Assembly: GCA_964106915.2 (NCBI GenBank)
Contig: OZ066924.1
Strand: one strand, 5' to 3'
From: Podarcis gaigeae
Lineage: Eukaryota
DNA length: 64,000 bases
Positions 27,263-40,000 of the stretch are shown in pieces; the first letter of the stretch is position 1, and each line of letters starts with the position of its first letter. The position numbers and the translations under genes are program-made. The notes below the pieces were generated by a model. That model made no database searches. It saw only the letters and a list, made by a program, of their open reading frames with translations, and was not told the origin of the DNA.

Positions 27263-27617
27263 TTGTTGTTGTTGTTGTTTAGTCGTTTAGTCGTGTCCGA
27301 CTCTTCGTGACCCCATGGACCAGAGCACGCCAGGCACCTCCACTGCCTCCCACAGTTTGGTCATACTCATGCTGATAGCTTCGAGAACACTGTCCAACCA
27401 TCTTGTCCTCTGTCGTCCCCTTCTCCTTGTGCCCTCCATCTTTCCCAGCATCAGGGTCTTTTCTCTTCTCATGAGGTGGCCAAAGTATTGGAGCCTCAGC
27501 TTCACGATCTGTCCTCCCAGTGAGCACTCAGGGCTCATCTCCTTAAGAATGGATTCGTTTGATCTACTTGCAGTCCATGGGACTCTCAAGAGTCTCCTCC
27601 AGCACCATAATTCAAAC
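27263..27617 (-). mobile_element. BovB (RTE) LINE 3' fragment
   Basis: Translates RVPWTA.RSN.SILKE.SPECSL.G...KLRLQYFGHLMRR..TLMLGKMEG.RRRGRQRTRWLD; (CAA)n tail. Confidence 0.92.
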
Positions 27618-28634
27618 AGGAAAAGACTAAGATATGAATTAACATTTTGACTGAGGAGACAAGACAGGAACTCCTGGTCCTGTGTGACTGCACATCATTG
27701 TTACATACACTTACGCTGGAGGCTCACCAAGATGTACCACACATTTTAAAATGCAAGGAAAGATTTAATTTTCAGAGGAAATGCAAAAGGCCGATAAGCC
27801 ATGCAAATAGCAGATCTATCAAGTGTAGTTTTCCAAATATTTTGCTCCTTTTAAGGCAACCTGGATTCAAGCAGTACAAGCTCTGTCTAACAAAATGTTA
27901 ATGTTTTGATATCCAAATAGAAACACATTAACTGTGCATTGCAAGTCTCAACAGGCAATTACTGCTCCAGCTGTGTACATTGATGATCACACTGCTGCCT
28001 GCATACAGCCAGGGCAAATCCCAAGAGTCACCCAACCGCCTCACTCATTAATCATTAAATGGAGCAACAGCACTGGTAAGGAATGAAATCAGCAATTAGT
28101 TTAGGTTTGGAAGCGTAACTGATTTTAAATACAATTGTATCAAGAAAATGTACAATTGATCCAAATGAACTGGCTCAAGGTAACTGTGGATCTTAAAGTA
28201 ATTCGAGTGTGCTGCACAAGTCATTTTTCTCTAACAATTTCACTGGCAAATTTACAACCATGTTCCTATCTTCAGTAAGCTGTTATCATGTTTCAATTCT
28301 TTATCATTGAACACACATGCTGATTTAGTTCTAGTTGTGCTTTCAAAAGGGTTTAGTAATGAGAATGCTTAAGCAAGTGAGGCACATGCCAAATTCTTTA
28401 GATGGGGATAGTTGTGCTCAACCGAAACTGATCTGAATTAACATTAAGATACTTCATCAAAACTAATCTGGAATGTATCGTGTAACAGCAAGCATTAATT
28501 TAAAATACTTGCATGTTTTACTATGATGCATCGTACAGAGAAGCTTACAACAGCTTCTCCCTGTACTTGTTCTTTTAAATGTGTTTAAAACTCAACACTG
28601 TTCCAAAATCTGGCCATGTCTTTGCCCAGGCAGG

Positions 28635-29390
28635 TGCATTATGTGACTCATAAGAGCAGCAAAATAACTGTACAATGGTGATGGGATAAAATCAGGCCAA
28701 ATCTTTATTGACGGCAGCAGGCAGGACAAAGGTTGGCATGGCATTGGGTCCCAGGATCAGTTCATCATTCCATAACCCCATGTTGATAGAATGGATCCAC
28801 TGGGTTTGGACTGCTCCAAACCTGTATGATGGGAGTCGGCCAATGTTGAACCTTGCTGTGGTGCAAGCCAAGCAAACGAGGTCTCACTGTGGGACCAGGG
28901 TGCAGATTCCAACCAGGCAGATATCGAACCCTCGCTTGGGTTTGCTGTGGTCAATCCTCCCCTCAGGTCCCTTATGGGGGTGCCCACTATACTATATTGA
29001 TCCTGACCAATGCAGTTTCTGCCCTCATACAATGTTCTACTGCCTAACAAAGGAAAGTCCTATTTCACTGTGGGAAAGACTAAAAAATCCCCAACCAAGT
29101 GCCAATCAGGTTGAGAGAAAAAAACATTTCCGGCCCTATCAACTGGCAACCCAAAATTGCTCAATCCGAGGGCAAGCGGGCGGGAAGCTCTCAAAGCAAA
29201 ATGAGCTCCAGGGAAAGCAGCCTTATCTAGGCTTTCCCCTCCCCCTGCAGAAAGGGCTCATGGGACAGCTTTTTCCCATGAGCCCATCACACAGATAAGA
29301 TACTGGGCAAGACCTTGCCCAGTATTTTGCTGCAATCTATTGGCAACAGCGCCACCAGGCGAAGGCATCCCATGCTTATTCGACAACACA
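28635..29390 (-). mobile_element. Solo LTR (756 bp)
   Basis: TG...CA termini with a 5-bp TSD GCAGG (28630-28634 / 29391-29395). Minus-strand CCAAT near the start and AATAAA (28704-28709) near the end. Confidence 0.7.
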
Positions 29391-29486
29391 GCAGGGCTTA
29401 TCATATACATGTTTGACAGACTCTGAGGTATACATCTAGCAAAGTTCCTTGCTACTGCAGAACCGTATCAGACCATTTTCACATTA

Positions 29487-29725
29487 CAGTCGTACCTTGG
29501 CTTTCGAACAGCTTAGTTCTCAAATGTTTTGCCTCCCAAACACTGCAAACCTGGAGGTGAGTGTTCCAGTTTGCAAACTATTTTTGGAAGCTGAACAGGC
29601 AACGGCTTCCAATTGGTTGCATGAGCTTCCTGCAGCCAATCAGAAGCCGTGCTTTGGTTTCCGAACATTTTGGAAGTCAAACAGACTTCTGGAACAGATT
29701 CCATTCAACTTTTGAGGTATGACTG
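29487..29725. mobile_element. Tigger/pogo-like MITE
   Basis: TA-CAGTCGTACCTTGG...GAGGTATGACTG-TA; same family as 26300 and 30448. Confidence 0.85.
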
Positions 29726-30447
29726 TACAAGCCTTCAGCCATTTTCCAGGCAACTCTGTATCCTAGAATTCTCAAAACACAAATAGGGAAAAGTAACATG
29801 GGAAGTAGCCCTTAACAAGCAGAGAATAGTATACTCCATGTACAGTCAGACTATATATTTTAGGTTAAGCTTTCTGAAAACAATCTGTTGTAAGAAGAAT
29901 GGGTGTGCAAGGCTCTGCTGTCTAGTTTCCCCAACACATACAAACACCCATCAAGAGTATTGGAAAGCGCTGAATTGCCTAAGGAGGTCATTATCATTCA
30001 TTCATCCAGCAGGAATGGCTAAGAGAAGCTTGTAACACGGATCAATTAACAGATGGGGCAGGAAGGGATTATGCAGACAGAGTGGTGGCACCTCCCAACA
30101 AAAAGCAGATCAGTCCTGAAAAATACAGCTGAGTCTTTAGTCGATTCCAAGCAGAACTACATTTGCATGTGCGCAGATGGCAGATTTCTTGATTGGAGGA
30201 AAAGCTATGAGAGCTCCAGAACCTCGAGATATGAAAAAAACCACAACGCTACATTAAATTAATAACAAATTTTTTATCTTTTGGAAGGGAATGATGTAAT
30301 AGCGGCAATTGTTTGGATTTCCCTGCAGGTTAAGGGTTTGAAGACCACTCCCTAGACTTTTGCTGTCATTAGGAAGTTCATTTAAAGAAATGTTGAATAG
30401 TCTGTATACCTGACCTGACAGTTTCCCAGTGTCTGCTCCCCAAAATA

Positions 30448-30688
30448 CAGTCGTACCTTGGTTCGCAAACTTAATCCGTTGCGGAAGTCCGTTCCACTCC
30501 CAAAACCGTTCAAAAACCAAGATGCGGCTTCCGATTGGCTGCAGGAGTTTCCTGCAGCCAAGCAGAAGCTGTGTCGGACATTCGGCTTCCGAAAAAGTTC
30601 GCAAACCGGAACACTTACTTCTGGGTGTGCGTCGTATGGGAGCCAAAACGTACGAGTACCAAGACGTTCCAAAACCAAGGTACGATTG
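30448..30688. mobile_element. Tigger/pogo-like MITE
   Basis: TA-CAGTCGTACCTTGG...CCAAGGTACGATTG-TA; CpG-rich, so probably young. Confidence 0.88.
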
Positions 30689-31302
30689 TAGGCACAACAA
30701 ACCTGAGCATATTGGGAACTAGCAACCTCATCCTAACAATAGAATTCAAAATAGGGGGGAGGGAGCGTACACAGTGTGGGTAAAAGGGAAAGGATGTTCC
30801 TTGGACTGCGGAATCTCAGAAAAGGGTAAGCAGGGTGGAATGTCTTTTAGGTATGTTAAGTAAATACAGCTTTCTGGTAGTGGAGTTAAACTCAATGTGA
30901 ATGTTTTCTGCAAAGGTGTTCAAGCTTTAAATATAAATATTGCTCATCAACTATAGCTGATGCCTAATATTTATACTGAAATTGTAGGGTTTGTTTTTAA
31001 AATTTCAAATGTTGAGACATTATCTAGGAATTCCCAAACAGTGGTCTGTGAACCATGTCCTCAATGGTGTTTCTGTAAAGATACATTTAAAAACCATACA
31101 GCACCTAGCACCTACAAAGCAAAAAGAAGTGGTCTGCAAAGGCCCTCAGCAATTTTAGTGTCCATGGGGGGAAAGTATGGAAACCACTGATCTAGCCTAA
31201 ATATTAGACTGCCACAGATTTCAATGGAAGGAATACACGTGCTTAAATCTCTCCCACTGAATTCTGTCTAGATTGTAATTACTATTTCCAGCAACAGAGC
31301 CT

Positions 31303-31457
31303 GGAAAGGCAGTAGCTGAATGATAGAACATATACCTTACAGAAAGCTCACAGGTTCAATCTCCTGGTAAGGTTGGGAATGACCCTCGTTTAAAATACCG
31401 ACTGCAGACAGGTCACCAATGACAATACTGAACTAGATGGAACCAGTATTATGGCTC
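31303..31457 (+). mobile_element. Degenerate tRNA-derived SINE
   Basis: Box A-like gtagctgaatgatagaac, box B-like ggttcaatctc, CR1-type tail gacaatactgaactagatgga. Confidence 0.6.
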
Positions 31458-31804
31458 TGTATAAGACAAGTTCCTAAACATTGAACGGTATTTGAAGATG
31501 ATTTTCCCCATTTTGTTTTCTGTTCCAGGAGTCCTGAAGCCATGCTCTTTAGAGTAAGGGGATACAGAACAAAACAAAATTTTCATTTTAAATCCCAACA
31601 TAGGATCATTCTAACAAGACCTTTGATAGAACATCTGTCAGTGGCTCAAAATCTTAAATCAACACAATTTAAGCTGAAAGAATGCATTTAAAATGAAACA
31701 AGTTACACCTCACTGTAAAACTGTTGGTATATAAGAAATTGGGGTAGAGGTGGAATCAGACCATATGTTGGTTTTATGGTAAAACACATAATTTAGAAAG
31801 AAAA

Positions 31805-32265
31805 AACTTCAGATGACATAAAGCTGGGAGGAACGGCAAGAACTTCAGAAATAAGAATTAAATTGCAAAAAGGTTTTGCGTAAAATAGAATGCAGGAAGC
31901 AAAATTGAAAACACCTAGGAATTATCTGATCACAAATTGTGAGCTCCAAGTTTAACCCTGGTACAAAGATTATAATGCTAAGCATGCACATATCTCCCAT
32001 TAGCATGAATGGGAAAAAATACTTGAATCAGAAAAAAGGTAAATGCAATATGGCGTCCCACTAACAGTGTTTTAGGGCAATACGCTGTTCCATTTCTGTT
32101 GGCATCTTCATATCTTTAATGGATCTAATTCTAGGTCTAATTCCATATTTCACTGTAATGAACAAATGGTAGTAAAGGCATATTGACAAGGAGCTGTGAT
32201 GTGTAAGCATGCTCAACTAAACATGCAGCTATTGATTCACAGTTTGGAGAAGAGAAACTGAAAGG
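31805..32265 (+). mobile_element. Old CR1 reverse-transcriptase fragment
   Basis: tcagatgacataaagctgggagga resembles the FADDTKLGG motif; cagtttggagaagagaaactga further downstream. Confidence 0.55.
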
Positions 32266-32337
32266 AAAATGTGAAAAGTGCTCTAAAAATAAAGTCCAGA
32301 AACAAATTAATTACAAAATCATACACTCACACAGATG

Positions 32338-32351
32338 TTTATTTATTTATT
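32338..32351 (-). terminator. Candidate distal APC polyadenylation signal
   Basis: Overlapping AATAAATAAATAAA on the minus strand followed by a GT/T-rich element, at the end of a repeat-poor AT-rich stretch. Confidence 0.45.
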
Positions 32352-34506
32352 GGTTTGTTTTTTTAAAAAAAGAAAAAGCATTTGGCCATGTTAGTATTTT
32401 AGCCCTTTTTCAGGAGGCGGCTTGTGTCCAGGGCCTTTAACCCCTTCTTGGCTCAAGATTGAGGATACATCATAAAGGTCACCATCAAGAAGCTTAAAGA
32501 GGCTACATCAAAAAGATTGTTGTGTGTGTGTGTGTATATATATCTATATAACACCACGGGATTCTCTACTTAAAAGCTGTCACTCACTACCTTTTGGTCC
32601 AGAGAAGAACATTTTAAAGAGGGCGACAGACAAGTGACAAATGTATTGTCCATACACATTTATTAACTCTAAGCTGTGAAAATGTGGTATGTATTCTTGA
32701 AAAGTGTGCTTGCTTGACAGTTAATACAGACACTGTAAAATTCATATTGCCCTGAAGATTGAGACGAGCTCTGAAAGTTGACATGTTAAGCAAAGATCTC
32801 CACAGGGTTTGTTAACTATCTTGCCCTATCAAATAGAATTTATTTATCATCCTCAGATTCCATTTTACATAGTCTAATTCTGTTCAAATATCCATTCTTG
32901 CCGACACCTAACACAAAGCAGAAGCAGAGCAAATTATAGCCAATCTTGAATTTGCAATTGTTTGTCTATACAATGATACCTGGCTTAAGAAGGAATTAAG
33001 GTGACTTATTAAAGACACACCTAAATATCTTGGATTTTATTAATGGCAGTTTGCTGTATATTTACATGTAACACATACATAAAGGTTTTTGGACTGAACA
33101 TGCTCACTTTGGAAGCTTTTTATGTACATGACCCATGAGCAACACCGAAAAACTGAGAACTCTAACCTTGAAGTCATTCAACTATACAGTTATGAATTAA
33201 TTTCTGTTAAACACAAAATTTCAAATTTTAATTTTTTCATTTTCATACATTAAAAATATACATAGAAATTCAAGTTAACTTCTCAGACATGTCAAGAGTC
33301 AGAGATACTACTTTGAAAACAACTACCTCAGAGATCTTAAGTCACGGTGGGTTTGTCAGAGAAATGAAAATGTATCAGAATACTGACATTACATTATGAA
33401 TAGTAAAGCATAGTTTACAGGTTTCTGAAAAAGTATAAAGTACATAACTTGCAACAATAAATTATTTCATTGAAGACTCAAGTTAATCACAGTTCAATGA
33501 ATAATCTTAAAAGGAAAGGTATGGGCAATAATAGGCTTAAAATACAGATATGGTCACAGCCTTAAAATAAATATGTCTGTATGCCGCATACATTGAAACT
33601 AAAGGTACACTTATTGTAAAAAAGAAAAAGTTGAACATGACACTTTACACCTTTCTGGTTTTCCTGGGCTTAAAAAAAGACGAAATTAATCTTATCAAAT
33701 TATTAGTTAATTTCATTTTATTTCAGTTGAAGTCAGAATTTAATTACAGAAAAGAAAGCTCTTGGCTTGTACAGTGACTCACAGCTAATCAAAGGAATGG
33801 AGAATTTCAGTTCCAGAGCTCAGGGTGGAAGCAGAAAAGCTTTAGGAGAGTCAAATGGAATTGAAAAGAAGATGCTTTGAGTTTCTTGATTTGGCTTTGC
33901 CATACTGTGTGGTGCATCAGACCTATAAACTAGTGATTAAATTCATTAGAAGTAAAAATAGCAGTAATTAGCAAGTACAAATTTAAGAGCATCAGTGACG
34001 TCAAGTAGCCATTCAAGCCTGGTAGTCAACAACAGAGGATACATGCAACCCCTTTGGTGGGCTTTCCCCTAGCTGTGCTCCCCATTTTAACAGCTGTGGG
34101 AAGGGAAATGGAAGGGAATCATATATATGAACAAATTCTGATCCTACTGATTAATCCATATTGGAAGTGGTACATAAGTTACACCGAAACAGATACATAA
34201 ATGTATCATAAAAACTGTAAGATAGGCAGGGATCAATCCACATAAGATAGTCTACCAATATGGTATGCCCACTATATATGCCCATTTAAAAAGGCAAAAA
34301 GTATAAGTAATAAATACACATAGAGTGGAATTCAATGTCACACTAAGACGAACGTTCGCCTGCACAAGTGAATCAGTTTATCAGACAGATCAATTCCCGC
34401 TCCCTTCCACGTGCATGTTGTTCTGGGGGTTCTTGTGAGACACACACCCAAGCCAACTGGGGGGCATGTGGGTCGGGGGGGGGGGAGGAAGCCCCATTGT
34501 GTAAGC

Positions 34507-34642
34507 CAGGCATGGCCAAACTTGGCCCTTCAGTTGTTTTGGGACTACAACTCCCATCATCCCTAGCTAACAGGACCAGTGGTCAAGGATAATGGAAATT
34601 GTAGTCCCAAAACAGCTGGAGGGCCAAGTTTGGCCATGCCTG
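34507..34642. mobile_element. hAT-family hairpin MITE nested in an older repeat
   Basis: Long TIRs caggcatggccaaacttggccct / agggccaagtttggccatgcctg; 8-bp TSD gtgtaagc/atgtaagc. Confidence 0.88.
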
Positions 34643-36274
34643 ATGTAAGCCCTTGTGTGGGGCTTCCGTTGATGAGGTTTGTCAGGTGAATCCCACCCAT
34701 ATAGTCTTGACAGAGAATCAGGAATAGGGTGCTGTGTATTTTCTTACACAATAATTTTTATTAAGAGATATTCCACTTGTAAGCTTACTTATTTTTACTC
34801 TCTTGTAAACCGGCTTTTTAAAAGCCTTTTTGGATTAATCAGCTAATCTATGTGCCATTTTTTAAAGGGGGGGGGGAGTCAAATTAGGTGTTTGCATCTA
34901 ATATTAAACCATGGTTTACAGTTACAAGGATGAACTACAGAAAGCCTTGGCCTTGCATTCTGCTATGAGGAATGCAGAAATTGTCATTTCTGATTTAGAT
35001 AGCCAAACCCAGTTAATGTGTAAATAGTCTTAATGATATAAATAGTCTTAACGATGGGTAGAGGAAACAAGCCAACTTCAAAACACAGTTTACAAAGCTG
35101 GCTTGTTTTCACTAACCATAGTTAAGATTTACCAGTTTAGGATATTGCACTTAAGCTGTGGCTAATCAAAAGCAAAAGTGTAAGCTTCATATTTCCTCCT
35201 TGCACCCATGCCAGAGGATAGGGGAGAGTGAGTAGGCCCTAGGCTTGCTGCATTGTGCCCTCTTAATGTAAATCATGATTTAAGTCTGATGTTTCAACCG
35301 GACCGCTTAATTGATTGAAAATGCATGTTATTTGTTAATATCATTTTAGCTTAATATAGAGTTTAACAGATTTTGGAAAACTATAACTGATACAAGATCA
35401 CTTTCTCTAGTGTGTCGTACGATAAGAACCCCCGCCCCAATGTCAACGGTTAAGATGGCATATCTGAGGACATTTGTCAGCAGATTATGAACCCTTCTAT
35501 TAAACAATTACATGTACGATTTTAATAATGAAAACCAGCCTGAGACACAAAACTGACTTGCTTACTACTGTAATCACGTGCACACGCATTCTGCTATTTT
35601 TGAATAGAGGCACTTAAGTTTAGCAGAGTACTTCTGTTGTAAACAGTCTAATGAAGGTCTCTTAAGACAAAGCATATGTGAATACAAAGTTAGAGTTAAA
35701 CCAAAGTTAAGTGTGGTTTAATGTACAAATCTTATTTTCTAATAAGACACTTGCATTTAGTATATTAGTCCCAAAGTATTACCCAATTTCTTTTTTATTA
35801 TTTAAATGCCACAAACTTGAAATAAGCTTCCAATCTTAACCCCCTTCCCCCATTTTTTTTCAAAGCTGAAAAACTCTTATTTGTACACCAAATAGCACTC
35901 TAAGCTGTGTGTGTATGTATATGTATATATATATGTGGAAGTACTACTTTAAGCCTCTTTCTGTACCTGGAACCAATTAAAATCTCAACTGAAAACCCCA
36001 ATGCTTGATTTGAATGCCGTAGATATACATGAGTCTATTAACAGTAACTATAAACTGGAAGAGTACCGGTGTCTGTAACAGGCAATAGGTGCAATCCAGA
36101 TCCATTAAAATTGATGTGAATATTTCTACTGACTTCAATGTAATATAGATTATCCCCAACAAGCCTTGAGTAAGTGCATTAATACATAATACGGATATTC
36201 CTCAAAAATACTAAAACATCAATTTCTTATGTACTGCAAAAGTAACACACAACAAAATGTACATATAGCAATAA

Positions 36275-36280
36275 TTTATT
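36275..36280 (-). terminator. Candidate proximal APC polyadenylation signal
   Basis: AATAAA on the minus strand about 0.8 kb past the stop, followed by a GT-rich stretch (ttttgttgtgtgtt). Confidence 0.55.
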
Positions 36281-37085
36281 CTGAAATGTTCATTTAGTTC
36301 TGTTGAGACTTCACCCATGTCTCATTAATAAAAGAGCAGCCATCTCACCTCAAATACCAGAATATACAACAAGTTACAGCATAGCAAAAGTCCTACCTAC
36401 TGTCAGTTAAAATCTAGTTCTGGTAAAATAATTTTGTTCAAGTGTTACACATACACAGATTTTCCTTTTTCTTCTTCTTTTTTTGGAGCACAAAACCAAA
36501 AGGTAAATCATTACACCATAACTATCTATGCACATTATGCGACCACAGAAATGTTTATCATCATTTCAGAAAATGAACCATCAGTTCTATCCATGCAGAA
36601 AAAACAGGCTTGTTCAGCAGAAACCATATTACTGTGAATTTCACAGCCACATGATTAATTATAAGGTTAAGTGGCTTCACAAATACTTTTTTTTTTGCAT
36701 AAATACCAATTTCTCCCTGATGTAGTTTAGTCATTTTGCAAATCTAGAAATGAGTGATATAGCAATAGATTTCTCTCTTTTAATCTCTGTTCATCTTTCC
36801 TGAATACCCCCACCCCCACCCCACTTAAAGAATTAAAGGTATGGGATGTTAATTAAATATATGTAAAACATACTGTACAAATATAATCGCTTTAGCAATT
36901 TTATTGCTAAATAATAAATTGGGACTCCCTCAAATATTATTAGTGAAGACAAAGAATATCAAATATGGCTTCCAGAACAAGGACCCTCTACAAGAATCAA
37001 AGCTATTTACAAAAGAAAAAACCCCAACTTTGTATAGTTTTATTAAAAAGTTTCACATATAGCATTAACACATGAAAATTCTTTG

Positions 37086-40000
37086 TTAAACAGAAGTTAC
37101 CAGGTAGGATCCAGAATGACGCTTAGGACTTTGGGCACCACTTGAATCTGTACCTTCAGTCTTTGAATCTCGTTTTTTTGTGCTGTTATTCACTGGCGTT
37201 GGTATCTGTGATGGCCGAGTGGAACTGGAACTATTATCCACACTGCTTTTTCTGGGGCTTGGATTGTAGTTGAAAGGAGTCACTCTTGCCGCAACAGCAC
37301 CACTGGGCGAACTGTGTTTGCTCGAGCTGCTGGAACTGAATGGCGTGCGTTCATTAACAGTGTTTTCACTAGTCTCTGGGGCAAGGGCAGGGTTGCTTAG
37401 CAAAGGTTTCGTTTCCGTTCCTTTCTTGTCTGGACTATCTACTTGAATAAATGAATTCAGGCGGTTTTCTAAACCCACAGTACGAACAGGGACATTCCCA
37501 TTCCCTGCATTTTGTTTTCCGTTAAGATCTTTGCTATTCACATTCCCTTTCTCCGAAACACTGTCAATAACAGGGGGGGTGTTCCCTGTGGGAGATTTTC
37601 CAGATCTAGGATTATTAATAGGGCAGTCCTCAATCCTCACCCAAACATCTTCTGTCTTTGAGACAGCAGGTGCCATCTGGTAAATGAGAGTTTTTGAATC
37701 GGAACCATTGGTAGCACCTGGTGAGGAATTCTGAGGACTTGTCATTATCTGAGGAATTTCGTTCTCTTTAATCTTCCGCCAAGTACCTTTTGTTGGCGCT
37801 TGACTCTCTTTAGATTGCTTGAGTCCAGAAAAAGAACTTACATGTTGCTTCTCATCCTCACTCTTTGCCTTCTCACTGGATTCTGAAGAAGCTGAAAGAA
37901 TTGAGGAAGAACTTCCAGTCCTACGCCAGGTGCTCACACGAGGAAGTGATGAGGAATGTTTACTATGTTCGCGCTTCCAAGTCCCCGATCTGTTAATTGG
38001 CAGCCTGGAAGGACTCTCTGAGTGAGACCGAGTTATGTCATGCCGTTTTGTTGGTCTCCCATCACTGTATTCCAAAGAAGGACTCAGGCTAGGAGGTAAC
38101 TTTCGCCAACCACCAGCTTGGATGGCGGAATGAGTAGATAAAGACATATCAGGAAGGGATGGGCTTAAAACTGGAGTCTGTGTTTGGGACTGTGTAGGAG
38201 AGTCTGGTCTGGAAGGTGACAAAGATTCAAACGAGGCAGACTCTTCCAATTTCCTTCTTAGAGTGGGACTTGGAGTTTCTTTAATAAAAGTTGACTGGCG
38301 GACCAAAACAGGTCTCTCAGATCTATCAGATTCACTCCCACTGGATTTTGCCGATGACATTCTAGATACATCAGACTTCTTGTTTGATCCGCTGATACCA
38401 GAAATTTGGTTTAATCCTTTTGAGGCAGATTCACTTCTGGGAATACCACTGGTACTTTTGGGCAACCCAGTTTGTTTTCCCACCGTTTGCTGGCTCATCT
38501 GTCTGCCTGGAGAGGTGTATACCATTCTTCCTGAACTAGAAGACTTAGTGGAAGTCGTACTCGGAGAAGATGTTCGTGGCAGCTGGGAGAGTTTATTAGG
38601 GGGACTTATGCCATTTCTGCCGGGTGAAATTGAATTTCGGCCAGGAGACTGCAGAGGTCTGGTTAAGGGTTGCTGTTGTGGTCTAGAAGGTGTGGAATCT
38701 CTAGATCCTGATCTAGAAGGTCCTTTACTTGATCCACCCTGTTGAGATGGCTGCCTGGATATAGGACTTGGCTCAGGTTTTACAGATGGTTTGACTACTC
38801 TGGGAGAACTAGTAGAAGTCTGGTTATCATTAGGACTTTTGGAGGTTGCACTCTTTAGTTGAGGCCCTTTTTTAGAAACTGGACTTGTACTTGAGGAGCT
38901 ATTTCGAACTCCAGGAATATGAATCATTGTCCTACCTCGGGAGATTGAGGGCATATTGGTTTGCAAAGGCTGTTTCAAATGACTTGTAAGTTCTGAATTA
39001 GAACGAGCTTTACCTGTGATCATGCTTTTATACACTTTCTTTCCTCCTTTGATACCTTTATTTTCAGATTCTACTTTCTTTGTTTCCAGTGTACTCTTCT
39101 CCCCTGGTTTAATAATTCTTGGACCCTTATTACTAGTAAAAGGTTTTTCTTCTTGGTCGGGTGTAAGATGAAAGGGTGATCCTAAGGAAATTCCAGATTT
39201 TAATGAAAGGATTGAATCAGAGTCTGATGAGGCTTGTCTAGACAGTGAAGCTGCTGCAGCAGCTTGATGTAAGCTGCTAACAATAGAATTTGCACCTTCT
39301 TGAATAGCCTTCCAGTCAAAATTTTCTGAATCTGGTGAGAAACCATGTTCTGAATCAGGCCTTTGTATATCCTTCAAATCTAGTGTCAGGTCTTCTGCCA
39401 AAATCCCTCCCATATTTCTAGAGCTATTTTTTTCACTGTCTGATTTTGTTCTAGAAGGCTTTTTCTTTTTAGGCATGGCAGAACTAATACACTCCTGTAG
39501 AAGATCATCCTCTGAGTCAATACTAAGGGAACTGAGGGAACTGTTTCTTGAAAAACACACAGGAGTATCTTCAACATGAAATGATTTAGGAGCGTAGCCA
39601 GAAACTTGTGGTCTACTTGGTTCTATCTGTGCATCAGATGGTTCCATTTGTTCTCTGGGTTCACTTTCTTTGTTATTGTTGTTTTCTTGATCGATATCAC
39701 TGAGAGAACTCAGAGATGAATTGCGAGAGAAGCAAACAGGAGTATTTTCTATTGCAAAATTTTGTGTTTTCTCATCGGAAGCTGCAGCCCTTTCTGAAAT
39801 ATCTTTGGATGACTGAGGGAATGGGGTTTGCTTCTGCACCAGAGTTTTGGGTTGCTTTCTTCCGGCTGGAGTGTGTTTTTGGCAAGCTTGCATTCTACTG
39901 CTTGATTGCTGGCTTGCAGACTGATGTTCTGCATTGGTACTAGGTTTAATTTCCCTTTCTTTCCCCTTTCTCAGTTCTGCCTTTTCCCTTGAAAGATCCA

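Noticed and set aside
28708-29298. 196-aa ORF as a novel gene
   Set aside because: Non-ATG start, lies within the solo LTR on its antisense strand, and has no recognisable domain.
31303-31380. tRNA gene
   Set aside because: Degenerate A/B boxes with no cloverleaf, followed by a LINE-type tail, so it is a SINE head. The same applies at about 61995.
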